64,000 nt of DNA from a bacterium (GCA_965200245.1 CBDATS010000005.1:288001-352000); one strand, 5' to 3'. Shown: positions 1-9,671, counted from the first letter of the stretch. Translations and numbers: made by a program. The notes: generated from the letters alone by a model not told the origin.

Positions 1-792
1 ACGGTAGAAGTATTCGCTCCCGGACATTGGGACTATTCCCAACGGGTGATCAATCTGGACGAAGTACCTCACCTTGATGACTTGATTCGCCCGGAAATCG
101 AAGTCGTCTCAAATCTGGCAGACATACTCAGGGAATTGAGCGTTTCGGTCCCGGCCAACCATGCCTGGAACACCGAAGAGATGGATTCCTACAAGAAAAT
201 GCGACAATCCGCGTTGTTCCCAACCGGAGAAGGCTTGATGCCCGGAGCCGTGATTCGGGTTGCGCGGGAATGCTTGCCCAACAACGGCATCATGACCGCG
301 GATGCGGGAAGCCACAAGGTACTGGCCAACGATATCTGGGAGACGAGACGTCCTTTGGGTTATATGACCTCCAGCGGACTTGGTTCCATGGCAGTCGCCA
401 CACCAGCCGCCATGGCCGCCAAACTGGTAGAACCGGATACGCCCGTTGTTTGCCTTACCGGGGATGGTGGCTTTCTGATGCGGATTGGCGATATGGAGGT
501 CGCCGTTCGAGAAAACATCCCTTTCGTCACTGTCGTATTTAACGACCGCTACCTGAATCTGATTAAAATCAAACAAGACAACCGTTCTTTCCCCCGACTC
601 GGGACGGAGTTCCGGGATTCAGACTATTCTGCAGTGGCGAGAGGACTGGGTTGTGAGGGAGAAAGGGTTGCATCAGAGGAAGAGTTGAGAAACGCGCTCG
701 GTAACGCTTTTGCATCGGACAAACCCTGGGTCATCGACGCCGCAATCAACCCCGACGGCTATGTGGCTTCAAAAGATGTCCGCGCAGAATAA
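1..792 (+). CDS. Thiamine-diphosphate-binding enzyme (acetolactate synthase-like), 5' truncated
   Basis: Frame open from base 1; ThDP motif GDGGF...N (TGDGGFLMRIGDMEVAVRENIPFVTVVFND) and SSGLGSMAVATPAA. Confidence 0.85.
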   Translation, partial: TVEVFAPGHWDYSQRVINLDEVPHLDDLIRPEIEVVSNLADILRELSVSVPANHAWNTEEMDSYKKMRQSALFPTGEGLMPGAVIRVARECLPNNGIMTADAGSHKVLANDIWETRRPLGYMTSSGLGSMAVATPAAMAAKLVEPDTPVVCLTGDGGFLMRIGDMEVAVRENIPFVTVVFNDRYLNLIKIKQDNRSFPRLGTEFRDSDYSAVARGLGCEGERVASEEELRNALGNAFASDKPWVIDAAINPDGYVASKDVRAE

Positions 793-813
793 TACAGAAA
801 AATGAAAAATAGC

Positions 814-853
814 TTGACATGAACTTGTCAAAAACACATTGTATACGTATAGA
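814..853 (+). promoter_or_regulatory. Putative sigma70 promoter region of the cold-shock gene, with a TTGACA-N6-TGTCAA palindrome
   Basis: Perfect -35 TTGACA at 814-819, inverted copy TGTCAA at 826-831, AT-rich context; -10 ambiguous (CATTGT 837-842 or TATAGA 848-853). Confidence 0.4.
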
Positions 854-962
854 TGCAAAATTTATCAGAGACTTGTATTTTTCTTTTCCTCTAAACGTCC
901 AGGAGGGTAGCTGGGCATTATATCCTCGACCTCATAGGGGTCTTGAGAAGGAGGATAGCTAG

Positions 963-1169
963 ATGCCAGACGGAACTGTGAAGTGGTTTAGCGACAAAAA
1001 GGGATATGGTTTTATTTCCCGAGAAGGTGTTGATGACATTTTTGTTCACTTCTCAGCCATTGTTGCGGATGGGTTCAAGTCTCTGAAAGAAGGTGAAAAG
1101 GTCATATTCGAGATTACCCAAGGCCCCAAAGGGCTTTAGGCGGCGAATGTAGTCAAACAAGAAGAATAG
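963..1169 (+). pseudogene. Cold-shock protein (CspA family) with in-frame TAG at codon 59
   Basis: SD GGAGG then [18 protein letters not shown]...DIFVHFSAI...[31 protein letters not shown]; TAG at 1137-1139 replaces the conserved Gln of GPKGxQAxNV; absent from ORF track. Confidence 0.8.
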
Positions 1170-1213
1170 CTTCCCTTTCCATCATCTCATCAGATTTCAA
1201 TCGGGCAGAACTA

Positions 1214-2566
1214 TCAGCTAACTCCGATATATTCCAAGACCGCCTGTGCAGCCTTATCTCCGCTTAGCACGGCGCCTTCCACGGTGGCAGGCAGACCTGT
1301 GCGAGTCCAATCTCCAGCTACAAAAAACCCTTCTATCGGGGTTTTCGTATCTATACGATAAGCTTGTTCCGTCACTCCGTTCGCCCAGGTAGCCGCACGT
1401 TCCCGCACCACCAGAATTTCCTGAATGCATATATCGGGAATCATTCGTTTCAGGCAATTTCTTGCGGACAACTCCATGGCCTGCCGATCTCCGGAAGCGA
1501 TGGAATCTTCCGCCCCTGCCAACAGACAAACCAGGTTTTTCTCGTCTTCGCTTTCAATATGAGGGCGAAACAACCAGTCCCATTCTTCGTTCACAATTGC
1601 TTCAAAAGGAGGTCCTTCGTCCGCTCCTTCAAGCCGACAATATGCGCTGGCGATAGGTCCCGGACGAAGTTTCTCCAGACCCGAAAAAGGTGTTGACTCC
1701 CTGAGTTCGTTGCCAAGCAATTTTCCTAGAGCATCAGGCGGAACGGCGGAAATGACTGCAGCTGCATGCAATACTACGCGCTCTTTCAAAATCACGCCTT
1801 GAATTAGCCCATTATCAAAGTCAAAGCCGAGCACGGGCTGTTGAAGTCTCACCTCACCGCCGAGTCTCTGGATGCTTTGCGCCGCTCTCCTCGCCCATAA
1901 TGCACCCAATGCCTTCATCGGTACCCCCAACGCGGCTCCTTTGGGACCATCGGCGAAGGCTTCCTGGATAACCGCTTTGAATAACTCCGCACTCCCCTGC
2001 TCCAGAGGCAAATTCAATACCGCGCGTGCAAACGGCTCCCAAAACCAGGACACCGTCTCATCCCTCTGGCCAAGGCGCCCGAGCATTTCATCCATAGATT
2101 CATTCGGGTGTGTACCATTCGGTTCAGAAGTTATCTTCGACAGGCCGTACAGAAGTTTCACTTTGTCCCAAAAGCGGGGCCCCCGCCATATGAGTAAGCC
2201 CCATAGTTGCGCTAAAACCCCTCCGTCCTCTGCAAAAAACAATTGCGTGCGTTTGACCGACTCCGCTTCCCAAATTCGGTAATTCACTTCCAGGGAGGGG
2301 GAGAACAAAACATCATCAGCGGCACCGACTCTTTGCAGCAATGAGCGCAACGCTGGATTGGCCGCCATGAACAGATGAGGGCCCCAATCCAGTTCCATGC
2401 CCGTACGGGAGTGAATAAAGCTTCGTGCCCGGCCGCCAAGATATTTCCCCGCCTCAAGCACAATTACCTTGACACCCGATTCAGCAAGGCGTAATGCGGC
2501 GGACAACCCAGCGGCGCCGCCTCCGATAACGACAACTGGTCGTTCGAATCCGCCAGTTTCAACCAT
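1214..2566 (-). CDS. hpnE: Hydroxysqualene dehydroxylase / squalene-associated FAD-dependent desaturase
   Basis: GGGAAG FAD motif, LGGRARSF, ERAAT, AGDWTRTGLPATVEGAVLSG; directly downstream of hpnC/hpnD domains. Confidence 0.85.
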   Translation of the reverse strand: MVETGGFERPVVVIGGGAAGLSAALRLAESGVKVIVLEAGKYLGGRARSFIHSRTGMELDWGPHLFMAANPALRSLLQRVGAADDVLFSPSLEVNYRIWEAESVKRTQLFFAEDGGVLAQLWGLLIWRGPRFWDKVKLLYGLSKITSEPNGTHPNESMDEMLGRLGQRDETVSWFWEPFARAVLNLPLEQGSAELFKAVIQEAFADGPKGAALGVPMKALGALWARRAAQSIQRLGGEVRLQQPVLGFDFDNGLIQGVILKERVVLHAAAVISAVPPDALGKLLGNELRESTPFSGLEKLRPGPIASAYCRLEGADEGPPFEAIVNEEWDWLFRPHIESEDEKNLVCLLAGAEDSIASGDRQAMELSARNCLKRMIPDICIQEILVVRERAATWANGVTEQAYRIDTKTPIEGFFVAGDWTRTGLPATVEGAVLSGDKAAQAVLEYIGVS

Positions 2567-4726
2567 TTATGATTCCAGAACGCAGCGAAACGCTTCCTGC
2601 AGTTTTTCCCTGGGTTTCAAGGAAGGGCGGTAATCCATGTGTCGAAATTGATTCTGTTCTATCTCGTTCAATAGTCTTTCGTATATTCGGCCCATAATTC
2701 TGGCGGGAAGAAGGTTCTTCCCTTTCTCACGGTGGAAGGCCTCATTCGCTCTTTCGAAATATGCACGCGCCCGACCCGCAAAAACCCGAAGAAGACACAG
2801 AACCTGGGAAGTATCATTTTTGTCTCTGAAATCGGCAACCGTTACCCCATATTTCTCCATTTCACTTCGTGGGATATAAAAGCGTTCCTCTTCGGCATCT
2901 TGCCAAACGTCTCTCAAAATGTTCGTCATCTGCAGCGCCCTTCCCAAACAAATGGCATATTCCCTGGCAAATTCCGATTTCGCGCCAAAGATGCCCAGGC
3001 ACGCCAACCCTACGGCAGACGCCACCTTGTCGCAATAATTTTCAAGATCCGAGAAACTTTCTATTCGACCACCTTCTAAATCCATCGCCACGCCGTCGCA
3101 AATCGCCCGGAAATGCTCGGACGGCAATTCATATTTTCGCGCCGCCCATGCAAGTTCTGCGATTATCGGGTGAGATGGTCTCTCATTGTTCAATTGATTC
3201 AACGCCTCCTTCCATTCACGCAAAGAGGCTCTTTTACCGGATATCTCACCCGGCTCATCGGCAATGTCGTCGGCCATGCGGCAATATGCATAGACCGCCA
3301 TGATGGCGCGTCTTTTCTCTACAGATAAACTGAAAAAGGACAGATGAAAATTCGACTGGCTCGCGCGAATGAACCAACGACAGAATAGGCGATTCAACTC
3401 TTCTTCGGCATACCTGTCCACTCTGGATTCAAGTCGATAGACAGGGCGAAACGCAGCAAGCAGAGATTTGGCCTTACCCCAGCCACTCAAAAGCGGCGAA
3501 CCGGCGCATACGTTCCATTGCACTCGGGAAATAGCCTCCAGCGCCGCAACACCACCACGCCAAATCGCACGAAGCTCTCGGCCCAATGCGCCTCGTGTGC
3601 GATACAACAGGGGCAAACCTTGTTTGAAAAGGCGCTTTGTCCTGTTTATCTGAAAGACCAGAAACGCCCGTAGCTGAGGTGACGCAACATCTGAGAGCAA
3701 ATCATTCTCGGAGACGCCGAATCTTTTCATCTCATCCTGTGGCATGTAGACGATGCCGCGCTCGGCGTCTTCTTTCACATCTTGCAAGTGATTCGCAATC
3801 TGCAAGGCAGTGCATATGGCGTCCGATGCGCGAAGTGCCGCTTCATCACGTATCCCATGCAACATGAGAACGATTCGCCCGACAGGATCCGCTGATCGGC
3901 GGCAATAATCGAGCAAGGCCTCATAGTTCGGATACCGGAGAACCGTAACATCTTGCTTGAACGCCGAGAGAAGATCCAGAAAAGGCTGCTGGGGCAAATC
4001 GAATTTTTGAATCGTGTCGGAGAGCGCAATGAAAACGTCCGTTTCCGCGACTCCTTGCGAAGCCGCTACGAGGTCTTTCTCCCATTCATCAAGGCCTGCG
4101 AGGCGCTCACCGACGGGCCCGGCCGTATCCGCGATGTCATCTGCGCCTCTAGCGAACGCGTATACTGCTGCGACGTGCGGCCTTATCTTCGCGGGCAACA
4201 ACTTAGAGGCAACGGGAAAATTCTCGTAATGGCCAACCACGATTTTCATGCACGTATCGTAAGCGGCGCTCAAGTCAATCTCGGTATCGAATTTCGCTTC
4301 TTCATCCGAATACCGTATTTTTTCGTCTTTCATGAGAGATTGAATCAACTGCGCATCCCCGGGCAGGAAATCGAAATCGCCCAAAACGGAAGAATACACC
4401 CATTGGTGTCTCGCCACTCCCAAATTGCTCGCCACCCCGCTTATCCATTCGCAATCATAAAACCGTAGATGAACGTCTCTATCGGGATAGCGATGGCGAT
4501 TCTCCCAATGCAGACGGCCCACGCGCACCTCGATACCGAGTTCCTCGGAAATCTCGCGGCTCAGGGCTTCCCGGGGGCTTTCGCCATCCTTGATTTTGCC
4601 GCCAGGAAACCCCCAAAAACCCGGCATATGTCCTCCCTCGGGACGCTGACAAATGAGAATTCGCCCTTCATGTCGGATAATACCGGCGACGACGCTTAAC
4701 TCAGAGGTTGCAGTTTCGCCCTTCAT
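2567..4726 (-). CDS. Fusion of MutT-like Nudix hydrolase + HpnC + HpnD squalene-synthesis domains
   Basis: Intact Nudix box GKIKDGESPREALSREISEELGI; HpnC motifs HYENFPVAS, ADDIAD, YCRRSADPVG, NHLQD; HpnD motifs SNFHLSF, YCRMADDIADE, NILRD; one 719-aa ORF. Confidence 0.85.
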   Translation of the reverse strand: MKGETATSELSVVAGIIRHEGRILICQRPEGGHMPGFWGFPGGKIKDGESPREALSREISEELGIEVRVGRLHWENRHRYPDRDVHLRFYDCEWISGVASNLGVARHQWVYSSVLGDFDFLPGDAQLIQSLMKDEKIRYSDEEAKFDTEIDLSAAYDTCMKIVVGHYENFPVASKLLPAKIRPHVAAVYAFARGADDIADTAGPVGERLAGLDEWEKDLVAASQGVAETDVFIALSDTIQKFDLPQQPFLDLLSAFKQDVTVLRYPNYEALLDYCRRSADPVGRIVLMLHGIRDEAALRASDAICTALQIANHLQDVKEDAERGIVYMPQDEMKRFGVSENDLLSDVASPQLRAFLVFQINRTKRLFKQGLPLLYRTRGALGRELRAIWRGGVAALEAISRVQWNVCAGSPLLSGWGKAKSLLAAFRPVYRLESRVDRYAEEELNRLFCRWFIRASQSNFHLSFFSLSVEKRRAIMAVYAYCRMADDIADEPGEISGKRASLREWKEALNQLNNERPSHPIIAELAWAARKYELPSEHFRAICDGVAMDLEGGRIESFSDLENYCDKVASAVGLACLGIFGAKSEFAREYAICLGRALQMTNILRDVWQDAEEERFYIPRSEMEKYGVTVADFRDKNDTSQVLCLLRVFAGRARAYFERANEAFHREKGKNLLPARIMGRIYERLLNEIEQNQFRHMDYRPSLKPREKLQEAFRCVLES

Positions 4727-4741
4727 TCCACCTCCGTGGAC

Positions 4742-5551
4742 TCAACTCCCCGCACCTTCAGGTCCTGCATGTTTCGGCAATCTTCGCAAGACACTGGAAA
4801 ACACAGTGGGCTCCGCCAATGGCAACGCCTCAATCAACTCTTTTTCATCCAAAAAATACTCACCCGGCAAAACCAATCCCGGCATCCGCAGCTTGAGCGA
4901 ACCTTCCGAAAACGGCCATGGGGATATTTCGAGATCGTCCATACCTGCGATTCTTACTTTCAAACCACTTTGCGTCAAAGGATGGACGGCGCCGTCGTCG
5001 GGAGGAGTGATTTCGGGCGCTCGACACGCCAGCAGAGACAATGTATCACAAACCCTGAGCAATGCCACAGAATTTTTGATCGCTCCCTTGTACTCCGGAT
5101 CAATGAGGGCAACCAACTTCTCGCGCCGTTTCGATTCAGTGCGAATGAAACCATTCAGCACTTTTGACACTTCCAGCGGAGCACCTCTCCGTCCTCCCTC
5201 GGCGAGTGAAGAGAAGTGCATGCTTACCAGACAACCCGAAAACGGATGGAAAGATGCGCAAGAATCAATGCCCTCTGACCATATCTCCACCGCCTTGTCC
5301 GCCGTTATACCGAAAAAACTGTAAGGCAGCCTCGTCAGAGCGTCCCATTTTGGCGTGGCGTCAGAACGACACCACCCGACGTCATGATTGTCGACGGCAA
5401 ACAAAACTTTCTCTCTCAGTTCATCCGGCGGTGAGGGAAGTGACTCCACACCTATCCAGTTTCGCGCAATCGTTCCTGCGGCCCGGGCGTGATCGTGCTG
5501 GCTGATGAGGCGGACATGATTATCTCGTGGACTGACTATCATATGAGCCAC
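4742..5551 (-). CDS. DUF3891-like protein
   Basis: LISQHDHARAAG, HDVGW, LVSMH, CDTLSL pattern; 15 bp upstream of the Nudix-hpnCD gene. Confidence 0.65.
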   Translation of the reverse strand: MAHMIVSPRDNHVRLISQHDHARAAGTIARNWIGVESLPSPPDELREKVLFAVDNHDVGWCRSDATPKWDALTRLPYSFFGITADKAVEIWSEGIDSCASFHPFSGCLVSMHFSSLAEGGRRGAPLEVSKVLNGFIRTESKRREKLVALIDPEYKGAIKNSVALLRVCDTLSLLACRAPEITPPDDGAVHPLTQSGLKVRIAGMDDLEISPWPFSEGSLKLRMPGLVLPGEYFLDEKELIEALPLAEPTVFSSVLRRLPKHAGPEGAGS

Positions 5552-5775
5552 CAGAAAACGGCGGAGACTATACTCCCAATCCGTGAATTATCTCGATCCA
5601 AGAGTCCTTTCCAACATTGTATTTCGCAAATAAAAAATGCAACAACCACCATAGCGGCAAGTAAAGAAAAACAAGTAAATCCGTCATCCACTTGAACAAG
5701 TGCAAGAAAAACACATATTTTTGCTACAGAACAGTATATCGCCTTGTCTTGGGAATAAGGAACTCTCGCCAAACC

Positions 5776-7212
5776 ATGAATCCAGACCATTCCCGGAAGG
5801 ACCCTAGCTCAGTCGGCCTCACGGAAACACGGACACTCTCCCTTTCCGGGCCGTTTCGTACCAATGCGGGAGAAACATTGCCCGAAGTCCAGGTTGCCTA
5901 TGAAACATATGGCGAACTGTCCCCGAGTGGCGATAACGCTGTGTTGGTTATTCACGCGCTAACGGGCGACGCGCACGCAGCCGGTTTCCACACCCCACAC
6001 GATCCTCGGCCGGGCTGGTGGGACCCCATGATAGGCCCCGGCAAGGCCATAGACACCCGGAAATATTTTGTCGTCTCCTCCAACAATCTGGGCGGATGCT
6101 CGGGGACCACTGGTCCTTCCTCGATCAATCCCGCCACAGGAAGCGCCTATAACACCAATTTTCCCGTCATTACGGTAGAGGACACGGTTCGCGTGCAAAG
6201 GCTGCTCCTCGAACGTCTGGGCGTGAAACGCCTCAAAACAGTTATTGGCGGCTCGCTCGCCGGAATGCAGACCCTGGAATGGGGACTGCGCTACAGTGAA
6301 TTTTGCGACTCCGTCATTCCGGTGGCTGGAGCCGCGCGCCTGGATCCGATGGGAATCGCCTGGGACAAGATCGCCCGCAGGGCCATCACAGCGGACAGCG
6401 ATTGGAAAGACGGCTATTACGCCGCCGGAAAAGGGCCACGCAAAGGCCTGAGCGCGGCGCGCATGCTGGCCCACATCACCTACCTGAGCAAAGAAATCAT
6501 GTGGGAAAAATTCGGCCGCGAGATCAGGGACAAGAACAAGATGCTTGAAGACATCACTTCGTGTTTCGAGGTGGAAAGCTATCTGGAACACCAAGGAGAT
6601 AAATTCGTCGATCGTTTCGACGCAAATTCGTATCTATACATATCCCGCATGATGGACCTTTATGACGCCTCCCTTGGTTTTGAGACCCTTGAGGCGTCGC
6701 TCTCGCGGTTGAATACGAAATGCCTGCTCGTATGCTTCATATCCGATTGGCTCTTCCCGCCGGAAAGAAGCATGGAAATTGCGCAAGTCCTTCAAAAACT
6801 GGGCCGTGAATTGGAGTTGCATACGGTGGAATCAACCTACGGACACGATGCGTTTCTGGTCCAATACGACAAGCTAACCGAAATCGTCGGCGGATTTCTC
6901 AAAAGACTCGAAAACGGCGGACCGATTGGTATCCACGCCACTCCCATACCACCAGGTTGCAAACGGTTGGTTCTCTCAGTTCCGAGCCATCTCGTGCAGA
7001 AACCCATTTTGTGGGAACTGGGCCGAAAACATTCGTTTTCCATCAACATCATGAGGAGCGAACTGGATGCCCAATCGGGGTGGCAAGTATGCGAATTCGA
7101 TGGAAACGAGAAAGAAATCGCAGAGGCGATACTGGAACTCCGCAATATGGGCATTTGGATCGACCCGGGAGGGCATGACGCCATCGACCATGACCGTGCC
7201 GAAGTGGTATAA
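5776..7212 (+). CDS. metX: Homoserine O-acetyltransferase with C-terminal NIL-like domain
   Basis: HALTGDAH, GWWDPMIGPGK, GGSLAG nucleophile elbow, RFDANSY, YGHDAFL; ~70-aa extension with NIL pattern; ATG at 5776 chosen as start. Confidence 0.85.
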   Translation: MNPDHSRKDPSSVGLTETRTLSLSGPFRTNAGETLPEVQVAYETYGELSPSGDNAVLVIHALTGDAHAAGFHTPHDPRPGWWDPMIGPGKAIDTRKYFVVSSNNLGGCSGTTGPSSINPATGSAYNTNFPVITVEDTVRVQRLLLERLGVKRLKTVIGGSLAGMQTLEWGLRYSEFCDSVIPVAGAARLDPMGIAWDKIARRAITADSDWKDGYYAAGKGPRKGLSAARMLAHITYLSKEIMWEKFGREIRDKNKMLEDITSCFEVESYLEHQGDKFVDRFDANSYLYISRMMDLYDASLGFETLEASLSRLNTKCLLVCFISDWLFPPERSMEIAQVLQKLGRELELHTVESTYGHDAFLVQYDKLTEIVGGFLKRLENGGPIGIHATPIPPGCKRLVLSVPSHLVQKPILWELGRKHSFSINIMRSELDAQSGWQVCEFDGNEKEIAEAILELRNMGIWIDPGGHDAIDHDRAEVV

Positions 7213-7297
7213 AAAATCGCTGCCTGTTACATATTCAACGGCGTTTTCTAGAGACTCGTTAATTGAGATTCGTTAGAGCACAGACGGAGGCAACCCC

Positions 7298-7930
7298 ATG
7301 AGTGAGTTGAAGGAGCCAATCGTAGTCGTGAAATACTCGGATTACACATGACCTTTTTGCTATGTCGCCACCGTCGGTGGCACGCCCGTGATTGAGAAAG
7401 ACCCCGACGTCGTAGTCGAGTGGGTTAGTTGGGAAGGGAGACCCCCTGGCCAGGAGTTCGCCGGCTACTCACCGGAGCAGAAACAGGAAAATTACGATAA
7501 TAATCACAAACCTCTCGCCGAGAAATACAACGTGCCCATCCGGTTAGCGGGAGGCGACTACCGCACGACCAATCTCCACATGGCCACTTATTATGCGCGG
7601 GACAAGGGGAAGTTCAAGGAGTTTCGGGATCGCTGCTATAAGGCCCGCTGGGAAGATGACCTAAACCTCGAAGACCTGGACGTCATCGCCGGGCTCGGTG
7701 AGGACGTGGGCCTGGACGGCGAGGAAATCAAAAGCGTCATTGCCGAGGGACGCTACATCGGCGCGTTGCACAGCCAGCGTGCGCAAGGGAAAAGCCTCGG
7801 TATCTTCGGCATCCCCACGTTTGTAGTGGAAGGGAAGCTCTTTTGGGGCAAAGACGTCATCGACGACGTTAAGGTCGAGGTTGCCCGTGTGAAACAAGAG
7901 CGGATCGCCAAGGAAAAAGAAGGGAACTGA
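7298..7930 (+). CDS. DsbA/FrnE-family thiol oxidoreductase, predicted selenoprotein (Sec18, UPFC)
   Basis: SD GGAGG 7286-7290, ATG 7298, KYSDYT-TGA(7349-7351)-PFCY in frame with ORF 7388..7930; cis-Pro loop GIPTF; hairpin 7367-7381. Confidence 0.85.
7367..7381 (+). promoter_or_regulatory. Candidate bacterial SECIS hairpin
   Basis: GCCACC-GTC-GGTGGC; G-initiated loop 21 nt after UGA. Confidence 0.65.
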
Positions 7931-7970
7931 CCCACGCTGCCGGTAGCTCGTTCGTTCACAAGGAGAAACG

Positions 7971-8001
7971 AAACACCCTGCCTGTCAGGCGGGGTGTTTT
8001 T
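7971..8001 (+). terminator. Rho-independent terminator
   Basis: AAACACCCTGCCTG-T-CAGGCGGGGTGTTT followed by T-run, just after the DsbA-like gene. Confidence 0.75.
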
Positions 8002-8078
8002 CGCTTGCCTTTTTGCCCTTTCATCCCAGATTCGATAAGGTGCGCGTTCTGCGTTCCCTATTTTGAGGAGAAAACCCG

Positions 8079-9671
8079 ATGGCGCAATTCGATGGCATCG
8101 TGATCGGTGCGGGACATAATGGCTTGGTCTGTGCGGCGTATCTCGCTCGGGCGGGGCTCAAAATCGCCGTACTGGATTGCGAACCGGAAATCGGCGGCGG
8201 CGCAAGCACCAAGGAATTCCTGCTACCCGGCTACCAATCGAACATGCACGCGAATTTCTTCATCGGTCTCGACGATTTCCCAATCGTCCAGGACCTGGAA
8301 CTGAACAAATGCGGATTCAAGTGGCTCACGCCGGACGTGCAGCACGCTGCCTTGTACCGCGACGGAACGGCTATTTTGCTGCACCGCGACTCAGAAAAGA
8401 GCGCCGCCTCTATCTCGAAATTTTCACAGAAAGATGCCGAATCATACGTCTACCTCCACCGGCGATTCGCCGTGGAACTCGCTCCCCTGATGCGCAGTTT
8501 CCTGTTTCATCCGCCGCTCCCACCAGATGAAGTCGCCTCCCGGATGATGGACAGCGATGAGGGCCGGGAAATATTTAGCTTTGCGAAGATGTCGATTTTC
8601 GAGGCCATCGAATCTCATTTCGAGCATCCCAAAATGCGGGCCCTGTTCTTCCTGTTCTCTCACGCCATCACCGTGGAGAACGCACCCGGCACGGGCATTT
8701 TTCTCCCGAGCCTCTTCTCCACCCACACGACGCTCGGCCTTCCCGTAGGAGGGGCAATCCAACTGCCTCTGGCACTCGAGCGCATCGTTACTCAAAACAG
8801 AGGCGTCGTCCTGAGAAACAGCCTCGTGCGTGAGGTGATACGTGAAAACGGGCGCGCGGCAGGTGTGATGCTCGACAATGGCGAGAAGATGTTCGCGACG
8901 CAATTCGTCACCTCCAGCCTCAACGCGCCTGCATCCATCAAATTGGCGGGAGAAGACGCCTTTCCCGATGAAGTGAACGAAAAGGTGCGGAATTGGGACT
9001 GGGGATTTCATTCACTCAGCACACTGCATCTCGCCCTCGTAGAACCTCCGCAATATACCGCAGCGAACTTCGACCCGGATGTAGGCAGGGTCTACAACAT
9101 CATTTTCGGCGCGGATTCCGGTGAGGAAATGGCCGCAAACACCGAGGAGCGCAGAAACGGCCTCATTCCGTCGCAACCGATGGGCAACGGCTCTTGCAAC
9201 AGCCAGCACGACCCCTCCTATGCGCCCCCCGGAGGTCACGTCGCCTTCTGGTGGCCGGGCGCACCTTATGAACTCAAAGACGGTCCGCAGAAATGGGATG
9301 AAATAAAGGAAGAATACACTGACCGTCTCGTAGACGAGTGGCGCGGCTACGCTCCGAATCTCACGCCAGACAATGTTCGCGCGGCGAAACTCTACACCCC
9401 ACTCGACATAGAGCGCGGAAACAAGAACATGGTCCGGGGCGGCGTACGCATGGGGGCGTACGTTCCCGAACAACTGGGGATCAACAGGCCCCATCCCCTG
9501 CTCTCCTGCATGCGGACACCTCTGGAAGGATTCTATCTTTGCAGTTCGAGTTGCCAGGGAGGTGGTCTGAACGGAGCACCCGGCTACAACGCTGCCGGCG
9601 TCATCGCGGAAGACCTAGGCATTGAGAAATGGTGGGAGCCGCTTCCTGCTCCCGCGGCACCCGCAGTCTAG
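8079..9671 (+). CDS. Phytoene-dehydrogenase-like FAD-dependent oxidoreductase
   Basis: IGAGHNGLVCAAYLARAG, IGGGA, TPLDIE, RTPLEGFYLCSS..GGG..GAPGYNAA. Confidence 0.8.
   Translation: MAQFDGIVIGAGHNGLVCAAYLARAGLKIAVLDCEPEIGGGASTKEFLLPGYQSNMHANFFIGLDDFPIVQDLELNKCGFKWLTPDVQHAALYRDGTAILLHRDSEKSAASISKFSQKDAESYVYLHRRFAVELAPLMRSFLFHPPLPPDEVASRMMDSDEGREIFSFAKMSIFEAIESHFEHPKMRALFFLFSHAITVENAPGTGIFLPSLFSTHTTLGLPVGGAIQLPLALERIVTQNRGVVLRNSLVREVIRENGRAAGVMLDNGEKMFATQFVTSSLNAPASIKLAGEDAFPDEVNEKVRNWDWGFHSLSTLHLALVEPPQYTAANFDPDVGRVYNIIFGADSGEEMAANTEERRNGLIPSQPMGNGSCNSQHDPSYAPPGGHVAFWWPGAPYELKDGPQKWDEIKEEYTDRLVDEWRGYAPNLTPDNVRAAKLYTPLDIERGNKNMVRGGVRMGAYVPEQLGINRPHPLLSCMRTPLEGFYLCSSSCQGGGLNGAPGYNAAGVIAEDLGIEKWWEPLPAPAAPAV

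Noticed and set aside
1137-1139. Pyrrolysine recoding of the csp TAG
   Set aside because: The position is a structural Gln one transition from CAG, there are no pyl genes in the window, and TAG is a normal stop in many genes here
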